Shown: in pieces, positions 27,859 to 42,825 of the stretch
Position numbering within the stretch: the first letter of the stretch is position 1
Layout: every line of letters begins with the position of its first letter
Source: the human T2T-CHM13v2.0 reference genome, Homo sapiens
Direction: 5' to 3' (one strand)
DNA length: 64,000 bases
Assembly (NCBI RefSeq): GCF_009914755.1
Contig: NC_060925.1
Translations under genes and position numbers: made by a program
The notes under the pieces: generated by a model
Seen by the model: only the letters and a program-made list of their open reading frames with translations
Told to the model about the DNA's origin: nothing
Database searches by the model: none

Positions 27859-30399
27859 CTATTACTACTCCACTACTATTACTCTTTATTCTAGAAATAA
27901 TTAGAAAAGGTATTTCAATGACTCTCCGAATCCCTGAAGAATCAGAGATTCAAAATATAAAACTAAAGTAAAAATTCTGAAAATCACACTCTACGTGGGG
28001 AAAATTATGAATCTTACTCCACACGAGGAAAACACAAGCCAATACTGGCAACATTTATTCTCACTTTTGATGGTCCAATAATTAGGGCAAAATTTACTTA
28101 CAGCAAGAGGCTTTTTTCCCTTGCGTAGCATACTTCCACGTAATTATAAAACCGCATGCTCTTAAAAGACACGTTCTAGTTCTATAAAAATAAAGTTAAA
28201 GGAAATATTTTAGAAAAAAATTAATTCCAAAAATATAATAAAATGCTGTCATTTTTCTACTATGAAACAACCAATTCAAGAAATATTTTCATTACTCTTA
28301 GTTACTACAGATCTATCTAGCCCAATTTTAAATCTATTACACAGTAAAGTTCATTTACAATATTCATTAATCTACTTTTTTCCACAACCTAAGTAACTAG
28401 GAACCATCAAAGATTATTTTTAAAAAAATATTTGAACTAGGCCCACTTACACACTTTCAAATATTTTGTCCAAGATTATTACCCAAATGCAACATAGAGG
28501 AGACCCCAAATTTTAACTTATTAGGGGAAAAAAAGCCTGTAAAAATTTTATGCTTTGCAATCAAAGGTAGTGCTCCCAGCATGGTGCCTGCTACCCATAT
28601 GCAGCTGTGACTGAAAAAAAATCAAGGTGTGATTAAATAGTCTTTTTCATATTATCCTCCATTAAAAAAGTTTTTTAACTGGAACACAGACATCATTAAC
28701 AGAGTCTGTTCACCAGAAGTATTTTCTCCAAATTACCAAATGAGGCACCCAACTTCTGATTTCTTCACACCAGGTTGATATTTGCTACTGACAATCTCTC
28801 AGCAGTGTACTGCTCTGTCACACATCAGTTTTAATAAAATAAAACAACATGACGATAACTCTGTTTATGAGCTTTTGACATCCTGTGGATTCATAAGAAA
28901 TTAATTTTTTCATGGCACAAACAAGAAGCATCAGAGCAGATCTTCTGATTCGCCGGCTCCCTCTCTCCACCCCCACCCTCTCCTAATTTCCCCACATCTC
29001 TTAATAGAAAGATAGTTTTCTGGTGTCTCAGCCCGGAAACGTTAGAACCACTTTAACTCTTTCTTCTGTATCTCCCCTGTATACAATTTGTCATGAAATC
29101 CTGTCATCTCTTAGCTGGGGCTGTCTAGATTCATGCCACTGTTCCCAAGCTCAGATCCCTCCATCTCCTGTATTCTGAGCCTCTTGATCACACCCTGAAG
29201 GTATAGACTCCTCTTCTCTGAAATCACCTCCACAGTCTCCATCCAGGTAAATGTGTCAAAAACATCACTTTCTTCATGGCATCCCGCTGCTTAACATTTC
29301 GTTATGGTTTCCAATTGTCCACTAGACAAAAGCTCTCATCCCGCAATAGGTTTTCAAACCCTTCTGTAATTAGCTCAGTCTATCAGTTTAAAAAAGAAAT
29401 ATAGATATCTTTCTCTTTTAAATTTCAGCACACAGCTACTGTTCCAGACAGATCACTGCTTCCTTTCTAGCTGGACCTCCCCTTTCTCTGGGCCTCATGA
29501 GCGCTATTCAAGCCTGTCCCCATTTCTTTGACTTTGGACACAGAATATCCTTGCTATTCCCCACCCTTAAAACCCTAACAGTCTAGGGCATTCTCACACT
29601 ACCATACTCTGCATCATAATATCTTACCTCTGAAATAATTAACTTTCAATGTTTTAATATGTCATTTCTTGTCCTTTCATCTCTCTTATTCCTTCATTCC
29701 CACTAAATTGGCTCAGAGACCCCATTGAAGATCTACACACTTTATTGCCTCATCATTTTTCCTGTCTGTTTGCCCTTTCTGGCTTTAATTCTCTTACTAT
29801 TTAAACCATACAGTACTACATCCTCGCCAGTCTCATTAATACCTCCACCCCACCTTGACTTCCTGCCTTGCTATTTCCAAAAACAGATCAATACGTTGTT
29901 TATTTCTTCTTTTTTTTTTCCCAGAAGCTATTGGTACAAATTTGATGACAATGTTGATTAGCTCCTTTAAATGTTCTGTTTGTATTTACAGTGAATTAGC
30001 AATTATTCCCTATTCTTACTCAGTTCTCTTTTCCTTTAAACCTCTATGTTTTTAAGCTTCTAATCTGTTTTCTATTTCTTTTATTCTCAGCAAATGGCCA
30101 TTGCAGGGTGTAATCTATTCTCACATTCAGATTTACCTCTATTTCTTGACCCATTCTTCCCTTTCTAGTGTTAGAGGCAGCACAGCCCTGCTCTTCCAGG
30201 TTCTGGCTCCCTTCCCCTTTCATCTTTGAGTTCCTGCACATGATTGTTCTGTTTATTCTTCTCCTTTGCCTTCTTTTGTCAGTTTATAATAAGATAGCAT
30301 CATCCACATATTTTAAAATACCTTTTTTTCCAGCCCTGTCTGTTCCTTGGCTTTACAAGTTAACTATTTAAAGGAATAGACTACACTCGCTGTGTACAC

Positions 30400-31060
30400 T
30401 TTCTCATTCCAGATTCCCAACTCGAGTCACTGCAATCTGACCCTGAGTCCCACATTTCTACTGAACTTGCTCTCAGAAACTTTTCTGGTCACCTCTTCCT
30501 TACCTGCTAAATCCTATGGATTCATTTCATCCTTCTATAGCACCCCACAGTTGTTTACCTACATCTCAAAACAACTGTCTCCATTGCTTTCATGACATTC
30601 CACTATATTTCCTTCTACTTTCATGGTTCCTCCTGAGAGGTTTTCACTAATTTGTCTTCTTTGATCTAGCTTTTAAATGTGGGTTTAAAAAAATGATTTC
30701 TAAGTTATCTTTTCTTCTCCTACAAATTTTCTCCCCAAATGATTTTTCAATTCCTGTAGTTTTCTCTGATTCCTATATGCTAATGACTCTCAAAATTTAT
30801 TTCTATCCCCAAACTGAGCTTTAGACCAAAATTCCCAGCTGTCACCAAATTCCCATTAACACCTCAAACCCACCGAAAGTTAAACTAATTATCTTCATTC
30901 TACACTTGCTTCTTCGTCTGTATTCTTTATACTTGTTAATATCTTCACCAGAACACTTTAAAATAGCCATTTTAGATTATTTCCTATACCTCATCCCCAA
31001 GTCAAATGGATAACAAAGTCCTATACCATTCAACCTTTCCAATCTGCCTTCTCTCCCATC
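30400..31060 (+). mobile_element. L2 fragment
   Basis: Pyrimidine-rich, with tatatgctaatgactctcaaaatttatttct...aacacctcaaac. Confidence 0.65.
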
Positions 31061-31078
31061 CTTCTCAGTCTATTGAAG

Positions 31079-31383
31079 GGCTGGGTGTGGTGGCTCACGC
31101 TTGTCATCCCAGCACTTTGGGAGGCTGAGGTGGGTGGATCACCCGAGGTCGGGAGTTTGAGATTAGCCTGGCCAACATGGTGAGACCCCCATCTCTAATA
31201 AAAATACAAAAGTTATCTGAGTGTGGTGGCACATGCCTGTAGTCCCAGCTACTCAGGAGGCTAAGGCAAGAGAATCGCTTGAACCTGGGGGGTGGAGGTT
31301 GCAGTGAGACATTGCACTCCAGCCTAGGCAAAAAAGCAAGACTCTGTCTCAAAAGAAAAAAAAAAAGAAAGAAAAAGAAAAAG
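31079..31383 (+). mobile_element. Alu (S-like)
   Basis: ggctgggtgtggtggctcacgc through gactctgtctcaaaagaaaaa. Confidence 0.95.
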
Positions 31384-34300
31384 ATTACTAATGAGTGTCT
31401 TCTTATAGCCTCTCATTCACTCTTATTGTTATTTCTATGTGCCACAGCTAGCCTGTTACGTATATGAACATGTCACTCCTATGTTAAAAAAAAAATAGAA
31501 AAAAGGCCTCTGATCTGAGTTTCTAAATCTTAGCCTGTCTTTTGTCTTCCTAAGTAAAAGTGTGGGCTACATATTAACGCTGGTCAAGAAGTCCAATGTA
31601 TAACTTTTGCCCATGTGGATTTTATTTGAGTGATGGTACCTATTTTCTTCTATTGTTCAAACTACTGGGTGCTGTCTGTGAAACCACTTTATCCTCTTTC
31701 CAGATGCAGTTCTTTGTACTCAAAATGAGTCTTTCTCTGTAAATGGCTATATACCAGCCTCATTTTCCAGCTGCTGCTCTTTCCTTGTATCTCACAACCA
31801 TGGCAAAAAGATAGAATTTGGGCATCAGTGAGTTCTCTTTAAGATGTCTCACTTATTTCTAAAGAATAATCCTTACACTTGGCATAAAAATTAGTGTTGC
31901 TACTTTTTAAAATGCCTGCTGAAATGTCCAATGTCCTAGTCTTCTATCTGGAATAAGATTATGATTACAGAGATTAAAAAAGCTCATTGAATTGAAGACA
32001 GCCCTGGAATTTCAAGATTATTTTAGAAGACATGCAATTGCTACTTTGCATTTTACATGTGCAAACAAAGCCATCAAGCCAATTAAGGCTGCTTTCAGTT
32101 CATTCTGATAGTACAGGAAGGTATTTATGTACTGTCAGTGCCAGCCTGGGCAGCGTGCAAGTCTTGACTCATAGATCTCCCCTCCCGCCCTGGCTGGAAA
32201 GATATCTGTGCATCTCTTTCAAGCTTGTTTAGGGTGTGTAAAGGCTCTTTCTTCGTCCACTCTACTTTCAATATAAAGTATTACTTAGAAGAAAGCTAAA
32301 AACCTGATTTTGTGTTGATAGTTAAGCCTTTCACACAACATAAATATAAGGAGTTTGATCAAGTTTACTTGTACTGTCTCACTCAAGATGTAGTTTTTAA
32401 AATGTTTTTAAAAATCTCCGCCTTGTTTGTCACATGTTAGAGTGTGTGTGAGAGCAGCAAAGAAGAAGCCAAGGATTAAGTTTGTCTTAAAACTTTTAGC
32501 TTGTAGTCAATCATTTCACTTTAATGTGCCACATCATGCTACAATAATTGTTTTAACCCATTTTCTGGTGACCATACCAAACCTTCAGTGAAATCAATTT
32601 AATTTTGTCATTTTGAAATTGCTCTCCAGAAAACAAGAGATATAAAGTTTTAAAGCAATTATACAAATAATTATGTCAAAATCCAACTGTTTAAGTGGAG
32701 TTTGAGCTTGTATTTTTCTCTAATGGCTCACATATTTGAATATATTTTTCTTGCAAGACACTCAGCTGTACATTTTGCAGGATATAAAAGTGCTTCGATT
32801 AAATGGGTCAATCAATTAATTAATAATTAATAACTTCCTACTTCACTCTTCTTCTAAATACAGAGCTGCTAATATTGCTTTAGGGGAGCCAAACACAATA
32901 TACTGATAATTATTCCCATAGCTATTATTTCATATTATAGAGGTTTTGTAATACAACATCACAAAATTACAATGTCCTTTTTAAAAATCCCTTCCCCCAC
33001 TCAAAAGAAAGCTATAAATTTAAGCCAATATAAACTTTTCAGAATTCTCTCTCTCAATGTCACACCAGGGCGTGGTGCTACACAGCTGGGGAGCTGAGCT
33101 AATAAGTGCTGAAAAATGAAAAATGCTGCTTTATGGCATCACATTAACTGGCAAAAAGAATACTTTTACCTCCGCCCATTTTTGACAAACAAATGCCAGA
33201 ATGTAGATGCTGTAACAATGAGACTTTATGATAGTTGGCCCATGGGGCAAACAGATTTGTCTTGTGGGATTTTCTTTTTGTTGAATACTACATGTAATAA
33301 GAAGTGGCACAACATTTGTAAAATCTAATCACTTCTGGTTCCTTTTTGAACCTCAAAGGGGTTATTTCTAGAAAAGCTGTTGGAAACACTACATAATGAT
33401 CTATTTATGCAGTAGTGAAACAGGATTATCCCTTTTACAAGGAGATAGCTTTCCCTAACAATGTAAATACTGTAATATGAGTGTACAACTTCAGGATTTT
33501 GAGGAACATCATGTCCAACAAATATTTATTGAATAACTACAATAGAGTTCAAGGAATGATGCTAAGAGTTCTTGTGAAATTTACACCACATAATATAGTC
33601 AGGGCCCAGCTGTTTTTCTTGGGCTGGTTTGTTTCCCAGCTGATGGTCATTCACCCACTCATTCACCCTCTCACTCAATCACTCACTAGTCACTCATTCA
33701 ACATTCAATCAGTACATGTCTATTGCGAGTTTACTATATCCAAGTCACACAGGCCTAATAAATCACAGAGAACGTGCTATTTTAGCAAAAGATCCCAAAT
33801 CAACTGTGGAAGAAAAAAAAAAAACTCTTTACACAGGGGCTTGAAATAAATGAGCTGCGGCCAGAACAAGGTAAGCAAGAAAAGAGAGGCACAAGGGTGC
33901 ATTGGTAGGGTACATTCCTTTCCCGTAGGGAAATACTAAACTTCGGTCAAACGAGAGGACATAGAGTAGCTCTAAGTCCTACCTGAAGGCTCCTAGGTGC
34001 TGTTGACTCAAGTGGTTGGGAATTTCTGATTAGAGTATTTAGAGAACTGCAATTGTCTGTTCTATAGATGCCTTCCTTGAATTTACATAGCTAGAAATAT
34101 ATTCTCTCCTCTGAACTTGTAAAAAAAATTGCTATGGCCTTATTACAGCAGTTATTGTTAGTTACCTTATATTATAGGTGTACATCTCATATCTCCTTAC
34201 TAAATGTAAACTCCTTAAAGGTAGAACTAAAATATGATTTATCTCTCATTTTGCACAGTACATTACAATTATGAACATTCTATACTATTTCGTTGGATAA

Positions 34301-34731
34301 AGTTTTCAATGAATTCAACCAATATATGATCAAAATACTCATAGCATCTGAATAACACATTGTAGTAATAAATAATTACAAAAAATATAAATATTAGTTT
34401 AGAAGCCCAAAAAGCATAACTAACATTTAAGAGAAGTACAATTTTGGTAGTCTAAATCATGTGCAGATTAGTAAATAATGGAACCAAATAAGGAAATTCT
34501 GGTTGTACCTTTTAAAATGTGGAATTAAATGAAGAAGCCACTGAAAAGTGACCTTTTTCAAATTCCCAAAAAGTATGTGAGTGTATTGAGTGTATTTTAA
34601 AGGCCACAATAAAAGAATGCAGTTACATAAGCTGTGTGATATTACCATTTTTATGTTCCATAATTCAATAAAATGTACCACTGGAGTATTTTCCCTCACA
34701 AACAAATGCAAATTCTGCAAATAGCAGATGA

Positions 34732-35079
<348 letters not shown>

Positions 35080-37658
35080 TGTTACTACACTTAGTGTTAC
35101 CAATGTTAAATATCATGGAAATGGAAAAACAACCATTTTGGTTAGTTGCAGTAGTTTCTAACAAGTTTTTTAAGAGTACAGACTTATCAATTACCTTCTG
35201 TAACAGTGCTCAAGGTAGCAGGCAATCTACCAGTGCTATTAACATTTTAATAAACTTGATCAATTTTGATGAAAAGTTTCTATTACTGATCCTCAGGTAA
35301 TCATCCATCCTGAGATAATAAATACTAAATTTTTGGTATCTAGTTGAACTTTGAGGATGACTAACACTGTGAAGATAAGCTTGCCTCATTTCCACATAAT
35401 CTCTGGGAAACTAACTGATTCCTGATTTTGCTCTGGAAGGGAGATTATTAAAAACTTTTTAAGACTCTCCTGCTCACATTGGCAAGTGGTGAATACTGGA
35501 CAGTTTTGCATTAGAATGAGACATCTGGGTATGTGAGTTATTGCTGATTTTGTATCCCTTACAACGAGATTTTAATCCACTTGAATTCAAATTATGTTGA
35601 TCACAATACAACTTCACTGGTCTAGGCACAAAACACCCTAAAGGCTTTAATGAGTTTAAGTGGATGAACTGCAAACAGCAAGATCCTGACAAACTCTTAT
35701 AGATGCAGTAAGTACTTCTTCAAACAACGTGGGAGGCTGGCAAGAAACATCAGCAGAACAGCTAGGAACATAGTAATGTGGAACGTGGTGACGTCTTTTG
35801 AGAAAAGGATTTAGCCAATCACTGGTCAATAAAGACAATAATTAAAAACACATACAGCTTCTGAGAACAAGAACCATAGCAAATTAAAGTTCTGCCTTCA
35901 AAGAGCTTCATTTTAAGTTACAGATCCCAAAACAATTGCCATAATTAGCATAAGCTTTGTATGTAAAGAAAAACCTTTACTTTTTTTCTAACTTGTGACG
36001 TAGGCCACTATTTAAACAAAAAAAAAAACTGATTCTCTACAAGATTTGTGTCTTTTTTTTTTGAGCTCATATGTACCTTTTAAATGCCATAGAATCTACA
36101 GGAATAGCCATAGAGACAAAATGAAAATGTCATTATTAAACTAGATTTAAACAAATTGCTAGAGAAGCTTCTTAGATTGATACTATTGAAAATGCCTTGG
36201 AGATCTGTGGAACACAGTTAAATGATTGCTATTCAGTATAAAGAGTATGGCTGAACTTTTTATATTACACTCTGTATTTTTTTTCATACTCAGAAATGAA
36301 CAAGTCTGGTTAATAATGTTATGAGAGAAACTTGGTGCTTTACACAAAGCACAAATTGTAGAAAAAAATGCATGCACCTTGTGTTTATGGCTAGGGCCAT
36401 GGGTCAAAATGAAAATCATGTCCTGTTTGAACTGAAATAATCAAGAAATTTCATTTGCAGTGCATTTTTACGTTTTCTGGAAGTTTGTTTTAAGACAAAG
36501 AACGTATTTATTGACAGTTCAATCTTTTTACTGGCGTAATGGATGACGTAAAGACAATGATGGGATTTGAGTCCTTGTGTGTCAAAAGAGACATAAAACT
36601 CGCCTTCTTTACTTCCATTCTGGTATGTTTCCTCTGAATAAGCAACAAATCCGTGGTAATTATTACCTTGAGTGACTTCCAGATGTTAACCATGCCATGT
36701 GACCAAACTCAACTATTCTCTAACAAGCATGGCAAGAGAGGGAAATTGTTAGTATATATGATGATTTCAATAACCATGAAAAATACCTTTTTTGTCTATC
36801 ACATCCATCTGCATGATGTAAAAACCCTACATAAATAGGATACTTTTTTGAGAAGAAGAGGAAGACTTAAATCTGTGTAACATAGGTGAACTTTCCCTTT
36901 AAAAAAAAAAAGAATAGCTAAATTAATGAAAGCTGAATGTAATTTATTATCTAATCCTTTAATTGTTTTTAGATTTCAAATTATATGCCTACGCTCTATA
37001 GAAAGGGAGATAAATTATTATGGTTTATGTTAATTTATGACAAGTCCTTTCGATGTTTCCCATTTTCTAGGTAAAAATATGCTGTTAAATTGTTTTCAGC
37101 CAAACACTGATGCACTTTACATTTTCTATTAAGAAAAATAAATAATTCACACTTTTGCAAGGGAAGGTATGCACTTTTTCTGGCATTCTTGAAATTATAC
37201 TATTACTAGCAGCAAGTGCCAGCAGACTTCATGGGTGGTATTTCTTACTGAAAAGCAAGACATGAATTAATATTTTTATTACAGTCAACTCACTTGTCTT
37301 CATAAATAAAATATTATTAATGTTTTTCCATTTTGATTTTAATGCTAGCAAGAAGAATATACAAATTGTTAGAAAAGGGAAATAAAATACCTGGATAAAT
37401 AGTTTTTCAAAGACTGTCATTGGTACATATTAAAGCAACAGTTGAGATTGTCAGTTAAGGTTCCAAACACCGATGTGTACCGTGTTTTTTTAAATCTAAA
37501 TTATTGAGTAAATTGCTTGTCTTTTATATTTTTCCTATTGAAACAGATGTGGTTAATATAATCTGTGAATGTCCTTTGTGTATTATGCATTCTATAATGA
37601 CCATGTGAGCATAAATTAATAAGTAATATGAGAAAAAAATAAGCAAAAATTCTTTCTA

Positions 37659-37661
<3 letters not shown>

Positions 37662-37705
<44 letters not shown>
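37662..37705. repeat. (AC)22 microsatellite
   Basis: Counted directly. Confidence 0.97.
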
Positions 37706-37707
<2 letters not shown>

Positions 37708-38436
37708 GCATCCTATTTTTAAGTGAGAGAATGATGAAGGACTTAGCACAGAGCCAACACTAAAGGGAAGCTCTTTATTTTTGTTGATATTATTGTTTCT
37801 CAGGCCCACAATGTTGGTATAAAGAGGGAAAGGCAGAAAAGTAAACAGTCAAATGTGCAAATGGCTATGTTCGTGGTAGCTGAGCTTGCTAAAAGCCTGT
37901 AGCAAGGAAGAAACAGCAGACCTGAGTTTTGAAGAATGAGTAGGCAGTTGAAGAAGTAAATAGAGGAGGGCTACAAGCCTGGCTGAGATTAGAATGGGCA
38001 AAGCTGAAGGGACAGGAGGTGGCACAGCACATTTTTAACACTCTTGGTGTTCAACATGGTAAAAAGAGTAGAATATAAGACCGGATGTCTCCAGATATAA
38101 AATGGGGAACATAAGTAGAGGTGTGTTCCTAAAGAGCTTTAGGAAAACTGGTATCAATCCTTCTAATAGATGCACTATAAAAGCATCTTTTTAAAAAGAC
38201 AACTCTGTGAAGAATGCTTTTATAGACACTGAGGAATGAAAATGAAAAAAAAATCCAGTTTGCCTGCAAGAAGGTCACAGAAACAGACACTCATTGAGAT
38301 ATAAGTTATACGTACTCTATCTTGTAAATTTAGACTTTGGGATATAAATTATACTTTCTTAAAATGAGGCATTCCTATCAAAATGACATTATTTGCTTTT
38401 ATTTCCATGCTTAGATTTGCATAATTAACCTAAAGA

Positions 38437-38706
38437 ATAGTATTTTCTAAATAGGATTACTACACCTTATGGGTGTACAAGACAGTTGTTTGGGCATGTG
38501 GAAAGAAAACATAAGAATTTGTTTATATTTTACTTTTCTTCCCTGTTTTACATTTCTACTTTTTTCTATGTTCAGTATGCACATAATGCATTACTACAAT
38601 AGTGCATTCATATAATTTATAAATTAAAAATACACATTTATAAGAGATGTTCTAAAAACTTTTTACTGATAGGTATATATAATAGACAAATTTCTGAGAC
38701 AACCAC
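38437..38706. mobile_element. hAT-Charlie MITE remnant (Charlie4/MER80-like)
   Basis: gggtgtacaagacag...ggaaagaaaacataagaattt...aaaactttttactgatagg. Family is from recall. Confidence 0.5.
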
Positions 38707-38992
38707 CATAAAAGTTAATTATTTTTACTATATCAACTAAACTGGACAGTTGTAGCTTGCACCAGGTAAATAGTACTGCTTTGATTTAGTTGAGGACATA
38801 AAGCACAGGACCTCTCATAAGCTTTGCCTTGTTGGGAATTGGAACGGACCTGTGGCCATTAATTTTATGTGTTTCTGCCCTCAAAAGCATAAAAGTATGA
38901 GGCAGGTGAGTCACACTCTGAGATCCACCAATTTCAAGGGGTCTACTCATTAGCTTTGGTGGGTTCACAAACCCTCTAACGGGCATTCAGAG

Positions 38993-38995
<3 letters not shown>

Positions 38996-39035
<40 letters not shown>
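38996..39035. repeat. (TG)20 microsatellite
   Basis: Counted directly. Confidence 0.97.
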
Positions 39036-39037
<2 letters not shown>

Positions 39038-39957
39038 GTATATTGGTTTCCCTTTCACTTGAGAGAGTCTGTAACTTTAAGCTAAATCTTAAATGAGACT
39101 ATAAATACCCCCGCCATTGTCACCATCAATTTAATTGCCTTGCCATAGTACAGAGTCTCTTCTTCATTGGCTGACTGACCTCAGTACTCCAATCACACAT
39201 GCCGCACTTTAAGCTACCAGCCTTCCTGTATCATGGCTCTTTTGTTTCCTTGTCTTTTATGACCTAGTTATTTCTTGCTCATGGTCATGTTCTAGCTTTG
39301 CTTGGTTCTCACTACAAGATTTGACATTGGGCTTTGTAATTTTCAAAAATTTTGCTTCCCACACTAAGCTGAAAACCAGGCCTAATATTGTGATCCTGAC
39401 CCTGGCCTTGGCTGGTTTTCTCCAAGAGGTGGCCTGTCACCTGTGTACCTCTGGTTACTGCTTACATGCCAGAGTAACAAGTAGATGCCAGAGGAGTGTA
39501 GCGCTTTCCTCTCTGTTCATCCTTCCTGTTCAAAATATAACTCAATTAAAAGCATAATTTAACTCCAACAAGTAATATCTGAGACACTGTTCTAGGTATT
39601 TCAGGAGGATACAAAGAAATAAAATAGTTCTTGCTATTAAGGCAACTACAATTTAGTAGTTCACAGGACTAGCCATGCAGGAAAAGTACTTAAACCTAGG
39701 TTTTCGTACCTCAAATCCATCGCACCTTCTACCACAGCTCAATGACAATTTTGTTTATAATTATTTTGAAATTGTGTATGTGTTTTCAGGTTTGCAAGAG
39801 TGTCTAATAAAGATATTTGTTTTCACTTATATTATTTTATTTTGTTAACCCCTGTGAAGGAAAACTAAATAAATGCATATGAATGAAAATATATAATGAA
39901 TGACAAACTAACATTTTGAATAATCACTGCTTTAAACTTCTCTTGTCACTTGCATCC

Positions 39958-40482
39958 TTTTTCTATTGTGATAAAAAGCACATAATGTAAAATGATCTTA
40001 ACCATTTTTAAGTGTACAGTTCAGTAGTGTTAAGTATATTCACATTGTTATGAAACAAATCTCCTGAACTTTGTCATCTTGCAAATCTGAAAATTTATAT
40101 CCATTAAACTACTAATCCCCTTTTCCTCCTCTCTCCGGCTCCTGGTAACCACCATTATACTTTTTTTTCTATGAATTTGACTACTTCAGATATTTCATAT
40201 AAGGGAAAGCATACAGTATTCATCTTTTTGTGACTGCTTTATTCAACTTAACATAATGTCCTCAAGATTCATCCATGTTGTAGCATGTGACAGGATGTTT
40301 TTCCTTTTTAAGGCTGAATAATATTCCATTACATGTATATATAATATTTTATTTATCCATTTATCTGTTGATGGACATTTGGGTTGCGTCCATCTCTTGG
40401 TTGTTGTGAATAGCACAGCTATGAGCATGAGTGTACAAGTACATCTTTGAGCCCCTGCTTTCAATACTTTTCGGTATATACA
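39958..40482 (-). mobile_element. L1MB-type 3' end fragment
   Basis: ttaagtgtacagttcagtagtgttaagtatattcacattgtt...ttcatccatgttgtagcatg...tctgttgatggacatttggg. Confidence 0.88.
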
Positions 40483-42306
40483 CCTGCATCCATTTTTAAC
40501 CTACACAAAGAATATCTGCTCTTGAAGACTGACACTTTGCCATCAATCTATAAGAAAGTAAATTCTTTGGAAATATGATAAGACAAAATAATTGTATTAA
40601 TTTGCCTTTCAAATATAAACTAAGGTAGATTTTTCAAAGCGTCTCGATTTTCTTCATATATAGTTATAATAAAAGAAAATCCATTGTCATACCTTGATGC
40701 CAATTATACATATATAGAAAATATTCATAAATATATATACACAGAGAAATATGCACATACACAGACACAACCTGAAAATAGTCTACTTCAGAATAAAGTG
40801 CACTTCCATTTTTCAAATTGCAAAAATTGACTTTATATTTTCTAATTATCTTTTTTTAAAGGTCTTTTTAAATTTTTTTTCCTGGCTTTTAAAAGTAATC
40901 ACAGAAAGAGTAGGAAGAGATTAAGGCTGCTAAACTCAGCCATACAAGGAGGAAGGAGAATCACATGTGCTGATCTTTCTCATACTACTAACTAAAAGTT
41001 TATGTAGTGCAATTAAGAGTTTTGAACCATTATTTTATAAGTAGAGTTAAACATCAGAGGTATATTCATAAATGAGTGGCACATGTCACATATTTAAATT
41101 CTTTCAGGATCTCAGAATGACAGAACCTGGGGCTTCTCCATCAAGTCCTGCTCCCTTATTTCACAATTGGAGAAACGTGTCCAATGAGACTAAATGGCCT
41201 GTCTAATTTACATAGCTTGTCATCCCCGAGGCTGGAACAGGAACTCCTATCATTTCATTACTTCAACATTTTTTATATCTACCTATCTAATCTTCTCTTA
41301 AATGAATGTAGCAAAATACAGTAGATATTCTGACTGCATTCATAAGGAAATTACTCTTTTGGCTTTTATTTCTTTTCTTTGTAATAGACGTATGCAATGC
41401 AATGACTTCCCCTCATCTCATGGTAGGATTTGAACTTCCCTGCCCTCAAGGGCCCAAAACCTGATTAGGGGTTGCTGTTGATTCTTGCCCTGGATTTCAA
41501 AAGCCTGAAAATTTGTTATAGAAGAAAAAAGTAATAGGTTCTAGAGTACAGAGACAAATATGAAGATTGCAGGAGGGATTCCTCAGACTCATATAAGCAC
41601 TGAGTGGAAGTTGAATAAGAAGTGTTTCCAGAGGGTAACTTAGGAATTTGAGAACTGGCCATGAGAGGTGTCCAAATGGAAGAAGACCCATTTCCCAGAA
41701 AAGAGGAGACAAATGGCAATGCAAAGAACATTGTTCTGGTGTCCAAGCATAAACACTGACCCTGTAGCCTGCACCCAAGGGAGGAAAGTTCACTGTCCTC
41801 CTCTAGGGCCTACATACTGCTTTGGTGTGTATCATGTTGACTGTTAATAATCCAGCAGAGTAATCACTATCCATTCTCCAAGGCTGCGTTTGGTCTGTGT
41901 TTGAGGAGCTCATGTATTCCCCTACCCCTACTGCCAATGCCATCTCAGTCCATCTCACAATGCCCCACGTGACCCATCTGCTCTAAAAAGAGAATGAGAC
42001 CATGCACATCTAGTAGTAAGGTAAAGTAGAGGAATGACCCATATCTGTATCTGGAAAGACTGGACTGAAAAAGATTAAGGTCCCCAGAACTGAGGCAATG
42101 ATTATGTTAAAGTTTATAATCTCATTTATAAAAAGTATAGTTTTGCTGTTTTGTAAGAATTCAGGACCTTTAAGTTTGTTTCTAGTTTTTCTTTCATGAA
42201 TGGACAGGGGGAATGCATAAAAGAAATCATTTTATTTATCTATGACAAAATGTTAAATTACCTAAAGCTGAAGCTGAAGCATTTTGTGCAATGTGTATAT
42301 ATTGTT

Positions 42307-42314
<8 letters not shown>

Positions 42315-42352
<38 letters not shown>
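42315..42352. repeat. (TG)19 microsatellite flanked by short (TA)n and (TC)n
   Basis: Counted directly. Confidence 0.97.
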
Positions 42353-42355
<3 letters not shown>

Positions 42356-42526
42356 CTCTCTCTCTGAATGATGCAACAGATGAAAACTAACCAATAGAGA
42401 GGATATGGTTTGATGCTTAAGAATGAGCCAAACAACAAACGGGAAACTGTGTACTGTCTGCGTGACAAATGCAACTTCATTTAACTGTTATCATTTGAAA
42501 ATACCAAGTATACTAATCTTGTTCAT

Positions 42527-42825
42527 TGTTTTTGTTTCTTTTTTGAGACAGAGTCTTGCTCTGTCACCCAGGCTGGAGTTCAGTGGTGAGATCTTGGCTC
42601 ACTGCAACCTCTGCCTCGGGGTTCAATCAATTATTGTGTCTCAGCCACCGGAGTAGCTGGGATTACAGGCATGCGCCATGATGCTCGGCTAAGTTTTTTT
42701 GTATTTTTAGTACAGATGGGGTTTCGCCATGTTGGCCAGGCTGGTCTTAAACTCCTGGCCTGAAGTGAACCGCCTGCCTTGGCCTCCCAAAGTGCTGGGA
42801 TTACAGTAAGCCACTGCACCCAGGC
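42527..42825 (-). mobile_element. Alu (S/J)
   Basis: ttttgagacagagtcttgctctgtcacccaggctgg through cctcccaaagtgctgggattaca. Confidence 0.95.

Noticed and set aside
40693-40771. Possible 79-nt minus-strand lncRNA exon (ttttcAG ... AAG|GTATGA)
   Set aside because: Short pyrimidine tract with a competing upstream AG. Not distinguishable from chance without RNA data.
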